Shown here in pieces: positions 1 through 21,252 of a stretch of DNA of 62,729 nt (positions within the stretch are counted from its first letter, which is position 1; every line of letters starts with the position of its first letter). The notes beneath the pieces were generated by a model that ran no database searches, was not told where the DNA came from, and saw nothing but the letters and a program-made list of their open reading frames with translations. This DNA comes from Reclinomonas americana ATCC 50394 (Eukaryota): contig PS015133.1 in the NCBI GenBank assembly GCA_048213135.1, forward strand, positions 2,878 to 65,606, in the 5' to 3' direction. The position numbers and the translations under genes were made by a program.

Positions 1-295
1 TGAGACTGTGTGTGTGCGCGCGTGGCATGTGAGGTGGAGAGTAAGTTATTGGCACCGTGACTGTGTGCGCACATGCTAGTTTGTATGATCGTGATAGTGA
101 ACTTGAGGAAGACTGTGTGTGTGCGCGCGTGGCAAGTGAGGGAGAGAGTAAGTGATTGGCACCGTGACTGTGTGCGCACATGCTAGTTTGTATGATCGTG
201 ATAGTGAACGTGAGGAAGATTGTACGTGTGCGCGTGGCATGTGAGGTAGAGAGTAAGTGATTGGCATCGTGAGTGTGTGCGCACATGCTTGGTTG
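1..295. repeat. Tandem minisatellite, ~107 bp unit, ~2.7 copies, upstream of the first visible exon of the NACHT gene (probably intronic)
   Basis: The unit gactgtgtgtgtgcgcgcgtggca...ttggcaccgtgactgtgtgcgcacatgctagtttgtatgatcgtgatagtgaac repeats at about 4, 111 and 218. Confidence 0.85.
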
Positions 296-408
296 TGTGC
301 CTGTATGCGTGTCTGTGTGCGCCTTATTATCGAAATTCCTTTCCCCAAACTTGTCTTGCCTCTCTGTGTAGCCTCATTTTCCTTCCTTTCTGTCTCCTTT
401 TTTTGCAG

Positions 409-9196
<8,788 letters not shown>

Positions 9197-9347
9197 ACAG
9201 CGCAAAATAAAACAAGAGGAAAACAAACACTGTTCGTTTATTTGTCAACCCAACACGTAATGTTTGCCTGCTTTTTCATGATTCGTTGTGCACTTTCGGG
9301 GGGAAAAAAGGAGAGTGCGAGAGAAAGAAAAGAGAAATTATCCGGCC

Positions 9348-12300
9348 TCAAAAGTCCTCCTCCTCGTCCTCAAAGTTGTACTCGATGGCGTCGCCATTGA
9401 CGGTGCTCTGGAAGGGTGCCAGGGAGGCCACGGCCGTCGCTGTCGTCGTACCACCAGTAGGGGTCTCGCCGCGCGGCACTGGTCGCTTGCCGACACGAGC
9501 AGCAATGCTGCTGCTGCTGCTGCCGTTGCCACCAGCACCGCTGGCACCACCGGCCAGAGCGCCTGCCGGCAAGTTCTCCTGCGATCGTCGGTGGGCGGCA
9601 CTCGTCTCCAACTCGCTCCATCGCGGACCCCGAGCCGATGTCGGCTCCTCGTCTCCTGGCGAGCCGACAGTCTCCAGCGCCGCCGTGGTCGAGCGCGACC
9701 GCGGTCGCTCAGTGACCTCTTGACCGTCGCCGTGCACCGGTGAGAACACCGGCAGCCGACTGCGTGGAGCCGACGGAGTGGCCGTGTTGCGACGCGATTG
9801 CGGGCGTGAGCGTGTTACGCGGCCCGATCCGCTGCCATTGGCCGAATCCTGTGGACCGTGATCAGCAATCAGGGAGAAACCTCTCCTCTTGTTTCTGCAA
9901 TAAACACAATCGACAAACCGGCTGCGGGATGTGTGATACACCACCCGGCGGCGGCGTGGCCGTCAGGCGATCCATCATCGTATCGCGCTCGGCCAGGTTG
10001 CGATCCAGGTAGTGCACAGTGAGGTCGAGGCGGCGCACCTCCTCGCGCAGATTGTGCACCTCCGAGTTGGCCTGCTGCTTCTCGGCCTCTTGCTTCGCCA
10101 GCTCCTCCTGCAGTCGGTGCAACTCGCTCTGGATCTCATTGATACGACGACGCTTCTCCTCCACCGTGCTCTCCTGTGCAGCACGCGAGAGTTGAGAAGA
10201 GCGATCAAAGATGAGGAGCGAAAGGGAGAGAGGAAGAGGAAGAGGACCTTGAGTTTCGAGGAAATGTACAAGTGTCGCACGCGCTCCTTGGTCTCCTGCG
10301 TGGACGACAGCTTGCCGCGCAGATCGCGATTGTCGGCCTCCGTTCTCCTCAGCGCGTCGTTCATCGCCTTTTCGGTCTTGCGCATGCTGGCCACCTCCTC
10401 TTCCATCTTGATAATGTACTTGAGGTCCTAGTGCGCACAAGACACACATATGATTTGAGTGACGACAACAGACATCAAAGGAGCACCGACGCATCGCACC
10501 TTGACGGTGGCCAGTCGGCGTCGCAGTGCATTCAGCTTCTTCTCCAACTCCTCACGCTGCTTCTCGGCCTCGGCGTTGAAGCCGGCCAGCTCTGTTTCCA
10601 GCGTCTGTACCTGGGCACGCAGTCGCTCCGCCTCGGCCACCGCCTTGCGTTCCGTCTGCGCTGCCGCCGCTGCCTTTTCCTCGGCCTGCGGTGATGCAAG
10701 GAGGGAGGGAGAGATTAAGAGACGACTTCGAATCATTGAAATGCTCTCTCTCTCGAGTCACACCTCCTGCTTCTCTTCCATTGCATCGTGCACTTGCATC
10801 TCGAGAGCCTTGGCGCGATCCTGCTCGCGGCGAAGTCTCTCTTCGAACGACGCCGTCAGCATGCGCTTGTCGGCCTCCTGTGCATCGAGAAGAGCGTGAG
10901 TACTTCGGGGTGACTGGGAAGGAGAATCGCCATGCCCCTACGCAACCCAATCATCCATCGACGTGGGTTTTGACTGGGCGGCGAGCTGCGCTCCACGCTT
11001 CTCGGCCTCGGCGACGGCAGCCGCCATGGCGCGTGAATGCTCCGCCTTGAGTTCGGCACGCAACCTGTCAATCTCAGTGCGCTTCTCGGCCTCCACCTGC
11101 CGCAAACGCTCCTCCGCTTCGTGTGTTCGTGTGAGATTCTGCGAGCTAACCCGCTCGGCCTCGGCCACCGCCACCTCCAGCGCCTCCTTCTCGCCACGCA
11201 GGCGGGTCACTGTCGGTGCCCACATGGGCGACGCCTCGCGGTGGGGCTCGGCAAACAGCTGACGCGGCAGCTGGCCGTACTCGGCGAGCATCTGCTGCTC
11301 GCGGCCATTTGTCGGCACCGGGGCGTTGGTGCCGTAGAACGCTGGGTGGGGGAAGGGATGGGGTGAGAAGGAGGAGGAAGGGGGGAAAGGGGGGAAAGGG
11401 GAAGGGGAATGAGCATGTGAGAGAGAGAGAGAGATTGGGTCTCACTCTGCGTGTCTGGTCGGCAGATAGAACGTAGTTACTCCAAGCACACCCCTCAACT
11501 ATCTCTCTCCCAATCGCGCGAGTGCAGAGAGAAAGAGAGAGAGAAATAGAGAGAGAGAAACTAGTGGATACTTAACGACTTTCTCACATCTTCCTCTCTG
11601 AATCCACAAGTCGACTGCTCAACTTAAATCTCTATCACATGCACACACGAGAGAGAGAGAGAGAGAGAGAACACGCTGCACTGCAAACACCCGCGTGCAC
11701 GCAACCTCGATGTCACACGCAGTACAACTCACCACCCTCTATGTCTCTCTCTCTTTCTCTGGCTCCTTTCCCAGTTCTTCTATCACTCTCCACTTGCTCA
11801 CTCTTGTTTCCTTTCCCTTTCCCGTTTCCATTCCCTCTTTCTCCCATCGCTGACGCAACTGTTCTCCGCCTGCTCGGCACCCGCACCGCGCGACTTGCAG
11901 CCAAACACCAAATCGATCCACCGATGCAAGTTTTGCGTGACAAACACGCTCTCCAGTGCCTCGCGGTTCCTGAAAATGTACTCGGCGGCGCCTGTGCCAG
12001 GATTGGNNNNNNNNNNNNNNNNNNNNTGATATTGAGATCAGCACACCAAAGGGGGAGTGAATTGGATGGTACAAGACGACGCAACTGCCAGCCCACGGCG
12101 GCAGCTCCACGTGGTTGACGCGCGTGGAGTTCTGTGTGACACCAAAATCGAGTCCGCTAGAGTTGAGCAGGAAACCACCGTTGCCCTCGTAGAACTCGGG
12201 AATGAGCTGTGGTGCGCGCAACACATCACGGCGTTAGCGTCTTGAGTGCCCACCACCACGCAGAGCAATCAAGAAGTCACCTCTGCGTAGTAGTCGTTTG

Positions 12301-13738
12301 TGCCAAACGCATTGCGCCAGAGCGATGGAATCGACTTGAACAGTCGATCGGCGTTGTCGAATTTGCCCTCCGAGTATTTCAGCGCCAAGTCGGGGCCTGT
12401 GTGAGATGTAAACATCAGCAGCTTGCGTCACGGATTATTGCCATCGAAGCGCACTCACGATCGCGCAAAAGGAAACCGACGAGAATCGACGTGTTCGAGT
12501 ACAGCGTGCGGAAGAGGAATCGAGAGTGTGCTTCGTCGCGCATCTCGGCACTTGCTCTCTGCGCACACCTGGTGAGCAACTTCCACACACAACAACACTG
12601 CAGAGACTTTTTTTTCGCGCATACGCACCCTCAAGTAAGCGAGGCGCTGCTCATTCAGCGCGCCGATTGGCTTGGAGAGGTCGCGGAAGGTGCGCGGATC
12701 GTCAAAATCGAGCTGCGGGCTCTGGTAATCGGCAATCACCCAAGGCATCACGGGGTACACGGCAAAGTCGTTGAAGGAGCGCGAGGCCAGCTGATTGACG
12801 GCCACCAGGTAGTCGTAGTTGCTGAGGGTGCCGCGGACCCACGCTTCGCACACCCACTGGCTGTAGCGCTGGCTGTCCATAGCCGTGCAGTCTGGTGGGG
12901 AAAAGGGAAAGGGGGAAGGGGAAAAGTGAGGAGGGGGAGGGAAAGAGAAGAGAGAGAGAGAGAGAGAGAGAGACAGACGTACTGGCAGACATACAGACAC
13001 ACATTGCACGCACGCACGCACGCACACATACAGAGAGAGAGAGATAGAGACACGCACATACACACAGAGAGAGAGAGAGAGAGACAAACAGACAGACATA
13101 CAGACGCATACAAAGAGAGCGAGACAGATGGATACCAAGAAATTCATGCAAAAGTCGGCATGACAGAACACTCGCTCGCCTCTCTCAAACACACTCATTC
13201 GCTCACACTTTCCCTTTTCCACACACCTGGCGAACGCATAATGCGATCATAGAACGATCCCTGATCCCGCGCCGAGTCAAACTGGAACAGCACCGAGCCA
13301 CCCGAGTTCAAAAACATGTCCAGTCGCAGCTCCTGATACAAGTAGAGCTGACGGAGGACCAGCTTCAGATCGGTGATGGCCCAACGCGAGGCCAGCGACG
13401 GACACGCCAGCGGCACGAAATGCAGCGCGGTGCGCGTCACGGCAAAGAGACCCTCCACATGCCCCTCCCGAGTGATGCGTGCACACATGGCCGTCGGATT
13501 CACCACCTCCTCTCGGCAGTCCTTCAGGTACTGAATCGCAGCAGCCTCGCGCGACGTGCGCAGCCACTGCCAGCGACGCAGGTGAGCAAGATGTCTCCAC
13601 AGAGCGCGAGAGCACAAGACCAACCTGAATCGCTGCCTCTGTCGTCGCCGCGCACAGCGTCTGCTTCAGCTCGCCCAGCAACGCCATCACATCGTCCGAC
13701 TCGGCCGACAGCACGCCAAACTTCTTCAAGCCCGGCTT
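9348..13738 (-). CDS. PH-BEACH domain protein (FAN/NSMAF-like core) with a coiled-coil and low-complexity C-terminus, 5'-partial, multi-exon
   Basis: PH-like exon (ARITREGHVEGLFAVTRTALHFVP...SVLFQFDS). BEACH hallmarks across spliced exons: WVRGTLSNYDYLVAVNQLASRSFNDFAVYPVMPWVIADY, FRDLSKPIGALN, GKFDNADRLF, ELIPEFY, VELPPWA, LHRWIDLVFG, EYGQLPRQLFAEPH. These are followed by E/R/A-rich coiled-coil exons and end in EDEEEDF-TGA at 9348. Confidence 0.88.
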
Positions 13739-13800
13739 CTGCGCGACACACAATCACACCTCCTGAGTCACTCACAAACGCCTCCTACACGCGCACCCAC

Positions 13801-13935
<135 letters not shown>

Positions 13936-14994
13936 NNNNNNNNNNNNNNNNNNNNNNNNNNNNNNNNNNNNNNNNNNNNNNNNNNNNNNNNNNNNNNNNN
14001 NNNNNNNNNNNNNNNNNNNNNNNNNNNNNNNNNNNNNNNNNNNNNNNNNNNNNNNNNNNNNNNNNNGAGAAAGGAACAGCGGCTTTCCTGGTCCGAGAAG
14101 TGGAGAGTATTGCTATCCGGTAGGAATTCCAGGACCGGAGGCACGAGACGAAGAACGATCAACGAATTCCAATTCGCGGCTGCATTCGTGAGCTGCATTC
14201 TGGCAGCTCCAGGTCGGAAAGCCGAGGAGAAAACTAAAAGAGTTGTTCCTAATGAATGTAATTCAAGTTACACTCAAGGGCAAACGGCTTCCATCCACGA
14301 ATTCAAACGATAATGCAATGAATTCGAATTCGAATTCAAAAACCGCGACACCTTCGGTTCTGCAACTCGATGCAGACCAACGCGGGTAGCCCTCATCATG
14401 CTATACTCGTGCTGAGTGCAGTTCTCGAAACTTCGAGAACGATCGCGAAAAAGCGCATTGATCATGAAAATCGCTATCGATATCTGTATGTCAAGACTGG
14501 CCTTGTCTCTCGGATGCTGTGGCCGTGGCCATCAAGAACACGTTTCAATCACCCGCTTGTTCGTGTACCTTGCTGCATCGAACGCTGCGCTGAGAAAACA
14601 GAGGGAGTGTCGCAGTGATCGTGAAAGCATTTTTCCATTTGCTCATTCTCTCCTCCTCTCCCCCCCGAGCTCGCTGTACATGTGCGCGCGTGTTGATTGA
14701 GGAGAGAGCGACATGGTTCTTGCGTGCTTCGCGTTGTGTGCTATCTCTCCCTTCCCTCGCGATCGTTAGCCGAAAATGCATGTCACTCACTCGCTAAAAT
14801 GTCACTTCAATCTGCTTCTGGCTCGCACTGGAGGCGGCGCTTATCGCCACCACCACGGACTTCCTCTCAACAAGAAAGTAGAATTCCATAGAAACTCAAA
14901 GGGAAAAAAGAAAAAGAGGGGAAAAAAAACCCCCCATCAAATTGTACACGAAGGGCGCGCGCCCTCGAAAGAAAAACCCACTCCTCGTCTCTCC

Positions 14995-16712
14995 TCACGC
15001 CGCCTTGACGGTGCTCTTGCCCACCAGCACGAACGATGATGGGTCGGCATCCGGCCGCACCTTGCCGTGCTCGTCGTACAGTGGATTCGGCGTGTACGTG
15101 TCAAACAGATGATCCCACACATTCAGCACAAATCCGAAATTGGTCCCCGGCTGTGCAGACGCAGACGCACACGTCAGCAAAACACCTCGGCGAGTGGGCA
15201 CACACATGCGCACGGGTGGCGGCAGTGCGTGCGACATCACGCCCGACGACCGCCGCACGGTAAGTCGGCGGCGCAACATCGAAAAAATCCTGCTGTGAGA
15301 ACGCAACTCGCGCATGATGCACGTCGTGTGACACGGCGCCACCTCCAAGCGCAAACGGCAGCAGCCTGTCCAGCGAGAACCAGACATTGTGGCCGGCGTG
15401 CTCCTCGACCAGGAAGACGACCCACACCGCCACAAACACCCAGAACGACAGCGGGTGCACGCCAACGGTCACCGGCGTGACGACCTGGGTCAAAATCACC
15501 ACAGCATCTTCGGCAGGGTGCACCCAACCTGCAAGCGCGCGCACACACACACGCAAGCACGAGCAGAGAGAGCTGATCAGTGCGACTTGCCTCACATAGT
15601 GCGCGCGTGGCATCCGTTGTCATAGAGTGAGGCGCAGAGAGAGCGGGAGTGAAAAAGTGAAATCGAGAGGAAGCGAGGTCACGGTCGATTCGACTGGTCG
15701 CTCTGTGTGGCTCTTGGGAGAAGAGTGCGTGCGTGCACGAAGGAGCGATGCAGTGAGTGTGTGAGTGTGCGCTGGGAAGAGAGGAGCACGAGCGCAACAA
15801 GCCAGCTGCAGGGAACAGATCGATTCGATCGTGCAACACCACGTCGTGCGCGGCGATCTACACACTGATCCACACCACGGCGTCGGCAAACGGGCAAAGT
15901 GAGAGCGCGTGAGCAAGTGTGTGCGCGCGCGTGTGTGTGAGTAAGAGCAAGAGCGAGGGAGCACAAACCACGACAAGCGAGAAAGAGAAGCAAACCACGC
16001 GCTCTCCCTTCTCCCTCCCTCCCTCTCTCCCTCCTTCCCCCTCCCTCCCTCTCCCTCTNNNNNNNNNNNNNNNNNNNNNNNNNNNNNNNNNNNNNNNNNN
16101 NNNNNNNNNNNNNNNNNNNNNNNNNNNNNNNNNNNNNNNNNNNNNNNNNNNNNNNNNNNNNNNNNNNNNNNNNNNNNNNNNNNNNNNNNNNNNNNNNNNN
16201 NNNNNNNNNNNNNNNNNNNNNNNNNNNNNNNNNNNNNNNNNNNNNNNNNNNNNNNNNNNNNNNNNNNNNNNNNNNNNNNNNNNNNNNNNNNNNNNNNNNN
16301 NNNNNNNNNNNNNNNNNNNNNNNNNNNNNNNNNNNNNNNNNNNNNNNNNNNNNNNNNNNNNNNNNNNNNNNNNNNNNNNNNNNNNNNNNNNNNNNNNNNN
16401 NNNNNNNNNNNNNNNNNNNNNNNNNNNNNNNNNNNNNNNNNNNNNNNNTTCATGCACCGTCGGGAAGGTGTACGGCGGCGTTTTGGTATCCATGTTTTGC
16501 GTGAGGTCGAGATACGTGAAATACGTGCAAATGGCGAAAAAGACCACGAGACCGACAACCGACGGAAAGAGCCACCAGGCGACCAGTGGCGATCCATGCG
16601 TGACAATGAATGACCATACGGGTTGAAGGAGGCGCTTCTCGCTGGCTTGCGCGGCCACGAATCCAAAATATGCGCACGCGCACAACAGCATCGCACCCAC
16701 GGTCAAGCCCAT
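14995..16712 (-). CDS. Fatty acid hydroxylase / sterol desaturase family membrane enzyme, interrupted by a gap
   Basis: Hydrophobic N-terminal exon MGLTVGAMLL...FTYLDLTQNMDTKTPPY, then VHPAE, His boxes EEHAGH and HDVHHAR, spliced (donor 15307) to PGTNFGFVLNVWDHLFDTY, which matches the family's C-terminal N(Y/F)G..F..WD..F.T motif. The start codon is tentative. Confidence 0.85.
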
Positions 16713-17486
16713 GGCACGATCGGTGCGGTGCGAGTGTTGGACATGGGAGGGCGTGCCATCCTGCTCCTGGTTGCTGTTGTTGTGGCTGTTGTGGTGAGGT
16801 GATGACGTCGCCTGCATCATGTGCCACCAAAATCCGGAGTTATCTTGAAGCGGACAGGACGATGCTTTGTATCGATATATTGTTGTGTTGTTCATGAGCG
16901 CACACGAGAGAAAAAAGAGGGCAAGGGAAAGAGAATGAGAGAGAAGGTCGGGCAACGCGAAATCGTGATTGCTGGTGATTTCCGAAGTCGCAGTTTCGGA
17001 TTTTCTACGGAAGCGAAGCTCGATCATGCAAGCTGCAAAGTCGCGTTTGCTAGGTGCGCGATGCACGAGTGAGTCTGGGGGGTGGCGAGTGCGTGCAATG
17101 GCGGTGTGCTGGAGGCTTCCAAAAATGGAACTTGTCGGAATTCGAACGTCGCGTTGAATCTCCGCGCGCAAAAAATGCATGCATGCACTGTGCGATGCAC
17201 TCCTCTGTGCGCCTCTGGAGGGGTAGTCAGTGGAGGCTATCTGCCTCCTCGATCACCTCCAGCCGACAAACGCGCAGCAGCGCATGCAGCAGTGAGTGAT
17301 CTCCTCACATTAACATTGAGAAGAGCTCGTGCTGCAGTGGCCTCACCAAGACCGCTCCTTCTTCTCTCATTGTCTCCTCTCCACTCCTCGCTGCAGCACT
17401 CTTCACGCTCAACACACTGCACGAACGTCGCATGTATTGTTGTCGGATTGTCAATTTCAGGACACAGTCTTCCTCACTCGCCAACC

Positions 17487-18608
17487 ATGAGCGCCGAGTC
17501 TCCCATCGCCTCACAAAGAGCAGGTACTTTCCTCCTCCCTCCACTCACTCCGTCCTTCTCTCACTCACTGACACACACACACGTCTTTGCCTCTCTCAAG
17601 AATCAGACATTCGCAACTCTCCCGAGATGTTTGCGTGGCGCGTCCACCTGGAGCTGCAAGAGAAACTGCATCGCGAGCAAGCAGAGCGCGAGCGCCAAGC
17701 ATATCTCCTCCAACACGAGCGCATGTTGGCCGTTTCGTCTATCTTCTCACACTCACAGCACGCGCAATCGTCCAATCAACTTTTCCGCCTTGCGCAGGAG
17801 ATCATGGCCTCGGGTCCCTCTCCACTCACCGCCTCCCCCGCGCCTACACAAGCCTTATCCGTCGGTTACGCCAGCGATGAGCTGCGATTGGACGCGCAGA
17901 TCCGTCGACTCGGCCACGTGCTGCACGCGGCCAACTTGGGCACTCTGACGGGCGGTGGATCGGCATCCGTGGACGCTGTGGGCGCGGCATTGGCTCGCAT
18001 ACGCAGTGGCAAGTCACCGCCTTCTGCTCCGGCCTCGCCTGTTGTGCGAGCAATGACGCCACCACCGCCACCACCAGTCGAAACACGGCCGGACATTCGT
18101 CATTTGGTGGCCGATCCCAAGGTTCCATCGCTGCTGCTCTTGCTTCGGTGTGCTATCGGTGCTTACCATCTAGGTGTACTCTCAGAGTGCGTCAATGGTG
18201 CCGGAGTTGCGCGCGCTGCTGGCCCAGCGGCAACGCATTGCGCAGGAGGTGACGATGACGACGTCGAATTCGTCGTCGCCGGCGGGTTCGGCGCCGCAGA
18301 CGCCGGTGCTGGCGCCGGTGGCGAGCAAGGAGGACACGCCACCGCAGACGCCGGCGTCGTTTGCGGAGATGTTTGCGCGGTTGCAGGCGACGACGACCAC
18401 GCCACCGCAGGTGCCGTCGCCGCTGTTGAAGCCGTTGCCGGCGGCGGAGATGGCGGCGATCTCCAGTGGTGGTGTGGGGGGTGTGCCGTTGGAGCCGGTG
18501 GGTAAGCTGCCGGATCCGGCGGGTGCGCGGCCACCGCCACCTACCGGGCATGGTGGGTTGTCGTTGTTGTTGCGACAGGCGACGGGTGGCGGCAAGGCCG
18601 TGGCGTGA
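17487..18608 (+). CDS. Hypothetical protein with a short coiled-coil and Pro/Ala-rich regions, 3 exons
   Basis: accATG at 17487; exons about 17487-17523, 17601/17607-18121 and 18174/18186-18608 join in frame with GC3-rich codons. No domain recognised. Confidence 0.65.
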
Positions 18609-20035
18609 GTGGGGGAGTGTGTGTGGGGGGAGGAAGAAGGCATACTGCAAAGTGTAAGTATCATTGTGCGATTGTGCAGATAGTGTGAGAGAGAGGAGGG
18701 GGGAGGGAGGGGGGGAGGGTGGCGGCAAGGCTGAGGCGTGAGTGGGTTGTGGGTGTTGCTGCAGACCGCCAATTGCAAGTATCACTGCAATTGTGCGATT
18801 GTGCAGGTGAGAGTGAGGGAGAGAGGGGGAGGGGGAGAGGGAGAGGGANNNNNNNNNNNNNNNNNNNNNNNNNNNNNNNNNNNNNNNNNNNNNNNNNNNN
18901 NNNNNNNNNNNNNNNNNNNNNNNNNNNNNNNNNNNNNNNNNNNNNNNNNNNNNNNNNNNNNNNNNNNNNNNNNNNNNNNNNNNNNNNNNNNNNNNNNNNN
19001 NNNNNNNNNNNNNNNNNNNNNNNNNNNNNNNNNNNNNNNNNNNNNNNNNNNNNNNNNNNNNNNNNNNNNNNNNNNNNNNNNNNNNNNNNNNNNNNNNNNN
19101 NNNNNNNNNNNNNNNNNNNNNNNNNNNNNNNNNNNNNNNNNNNNNNNNNNNNNNNNNNNNNNNNNNNNNNNNNNNNNNNNNNNNNNNNNNNNNNNNNNNN
19201 NNNNNNNNNNNNNNNNNNNNNNNNNNNNNNNNNNNNNNNNNNNNNNNNNNNNNNNNNNNNNNNNNNNNNCTTGTCGGTGGATGGCCGACCCGACGATAAC
19301 ATGACAACAGGTTGCGCAATGATACAGTGTCGTGTCACATTGATGCCGTTGCTTGTGCGTTTTCACATTGCCGTGTTACCGTTTCCTCCGACAGCATTTA
19401 CGCTGGCCAGCAAAACCTCTGAGGCAGTCCGTTCTCCTGGAATGCGACGAGTTGACGCTTCAGCACGGACCGAGTCGTGGTCGATTTGCCCTATATATGC
19501 CTCCGACAGCGTTTCGCACTGGCCTTCAAAGCTCCAACCTGGCCTGCGTCTTGGCCGTGACATGTACAACCAGTGGATGCAGGTTCATTATCAAGATGCA
19601 GCAGAGGCCCTGCACGTGTGGGAGTTCATAATCGACACGTGGTGACAACTTTTGTCGGGTCCTTCCAAGCAAACCTCTTTTCTCAAAGTGCTGTCGCGTA
19701 CTCCGACAACAAAGCAGAGGCCGGCTTCCAGTGACCATGCTCCTCCACCAACCACGCGACTTCAGCGTGCCAGCTGCACCGTGGCGACCCGCAGACAACA
19801 TTTGTCGGATTAATATTTTCAGTCGTATGCCGTCTTGTTTCAATTGGACGTGAAGTCGACCCTGACCTTGTCGTCTCTTCGACTTTGACGGAGAGTGCGC
19901 CATTTGCTATATTGATTATATCGTTCGGGAGAGCGGTTACCATCTCACATGCTTCTCGTCGACTCAACAACGTCAACCGTCCCGTCACGCCAACAGTCAC
20001 GCAATTCTTCGACTCTCTCTTTGAGCACACCTCGC

Positions 20036-21221
20036 ATGTCAACACCTGCAAGTGCGGACTCCGCTGGTAAGTGTGACCTCTGACAAATACTCATGATGGG
20101 ATGGGGGACGCGCGCGTGAGCAAACACAAAATGTGACACGTGTCCAAGTGCACTTTTATGGACCTCTTTGTCTCAATCTCTTTCTGTCTTTCTTCTTTCC
20201 CTTTTGCCGCGCTGTGCTGTGCTCTGCGTGTGTATACTTCACCTTTCCTTCCCATTCATGTCCACGCGGACAGCAACCACAAATACATGTGCATGCATGT
20301 GGGAGGTTCTCACATGCACTTTCGTCGACTCACACATGCAACATGAATCTTGCAACGCGAAATAGGTGGCGGCCGTCTTCACATTGTGGTCGACGGCTCG
20401 TACGTGTACAAGATCGCACAAAAGTACGGCAAGCGTGTCGACTATGAAGCTCTGTGTGCCACATTGGAACGTGCCGCGGGAGTGCCGTGCGGTGCCAAGG
20501 TCTATGTGGACCACATTCCCAACGCCGACAAGCCCTTCTTCAGAGTTTCGTCTGTGTGTTGTGTTTGTCGCCAACTCGTCTTCGACCACCATGTTCATGT
20601 TCATGCGAAAAAAACAGCAATTACGTCACATGCGCTTCGAGACGGTCTCGTGTGAGATGAAGACGGAGACCAAGTACGACCCGGTGAAGAAGCAAGAGGT
20701 GCTGCTGGACACTTCCACTCTCCCCCTGTCCGCTTGCCACCTTGACTTACCACCTTTGTCGTGCAGTTCACATGCCGACTGCAAAAGGGAGGCGACGTGT
20801 ACATTGCGTACTACATCATGCTGTGGGCCTTCGATCCCAAGTGCTCGCACATTGCGGTGGTGGCGGGTGACGGCGACTTTTATCCCGTCTTCCGCTTTGT
20901 GCATCAGCACCCGAGCAAGCAGCTGCTGGTGGTGCACTTTGAGGAGGGTCTCTCCGACAGTCTCATGCCGTACGGGCATCAGTTGGTGCTCGATCGAATG
21001 CCCGATGTGCTGAAGTCGGTGGGTGGTGGGAGGGAAAGGGAAAGGAGAGGGAAAGGGAAGAAAGAGAGAGAGAGACAGGAAGTGAGAGATAGACAGAGAG
21101 AGACACACACGCGCAGAGACAATGGCAGGCAGAGAGACAGAGAGAGGAAAAGTGAGACAGAGAGCGAGAAAGAGAAAGAGGGAGACAGACAGAGAAAGAT
21201 GCACAACATACACATACACCC

Positions 21222-21252
<31 letters not shown>

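Noticed and set aside
14066-14800. Candidate 5' exons of the BEACH gene and a (GAATTC)3 run
   Set aside because: No convincing spliced frame or motif could be built across the gap, and the short hexamer run alone is uninformative.
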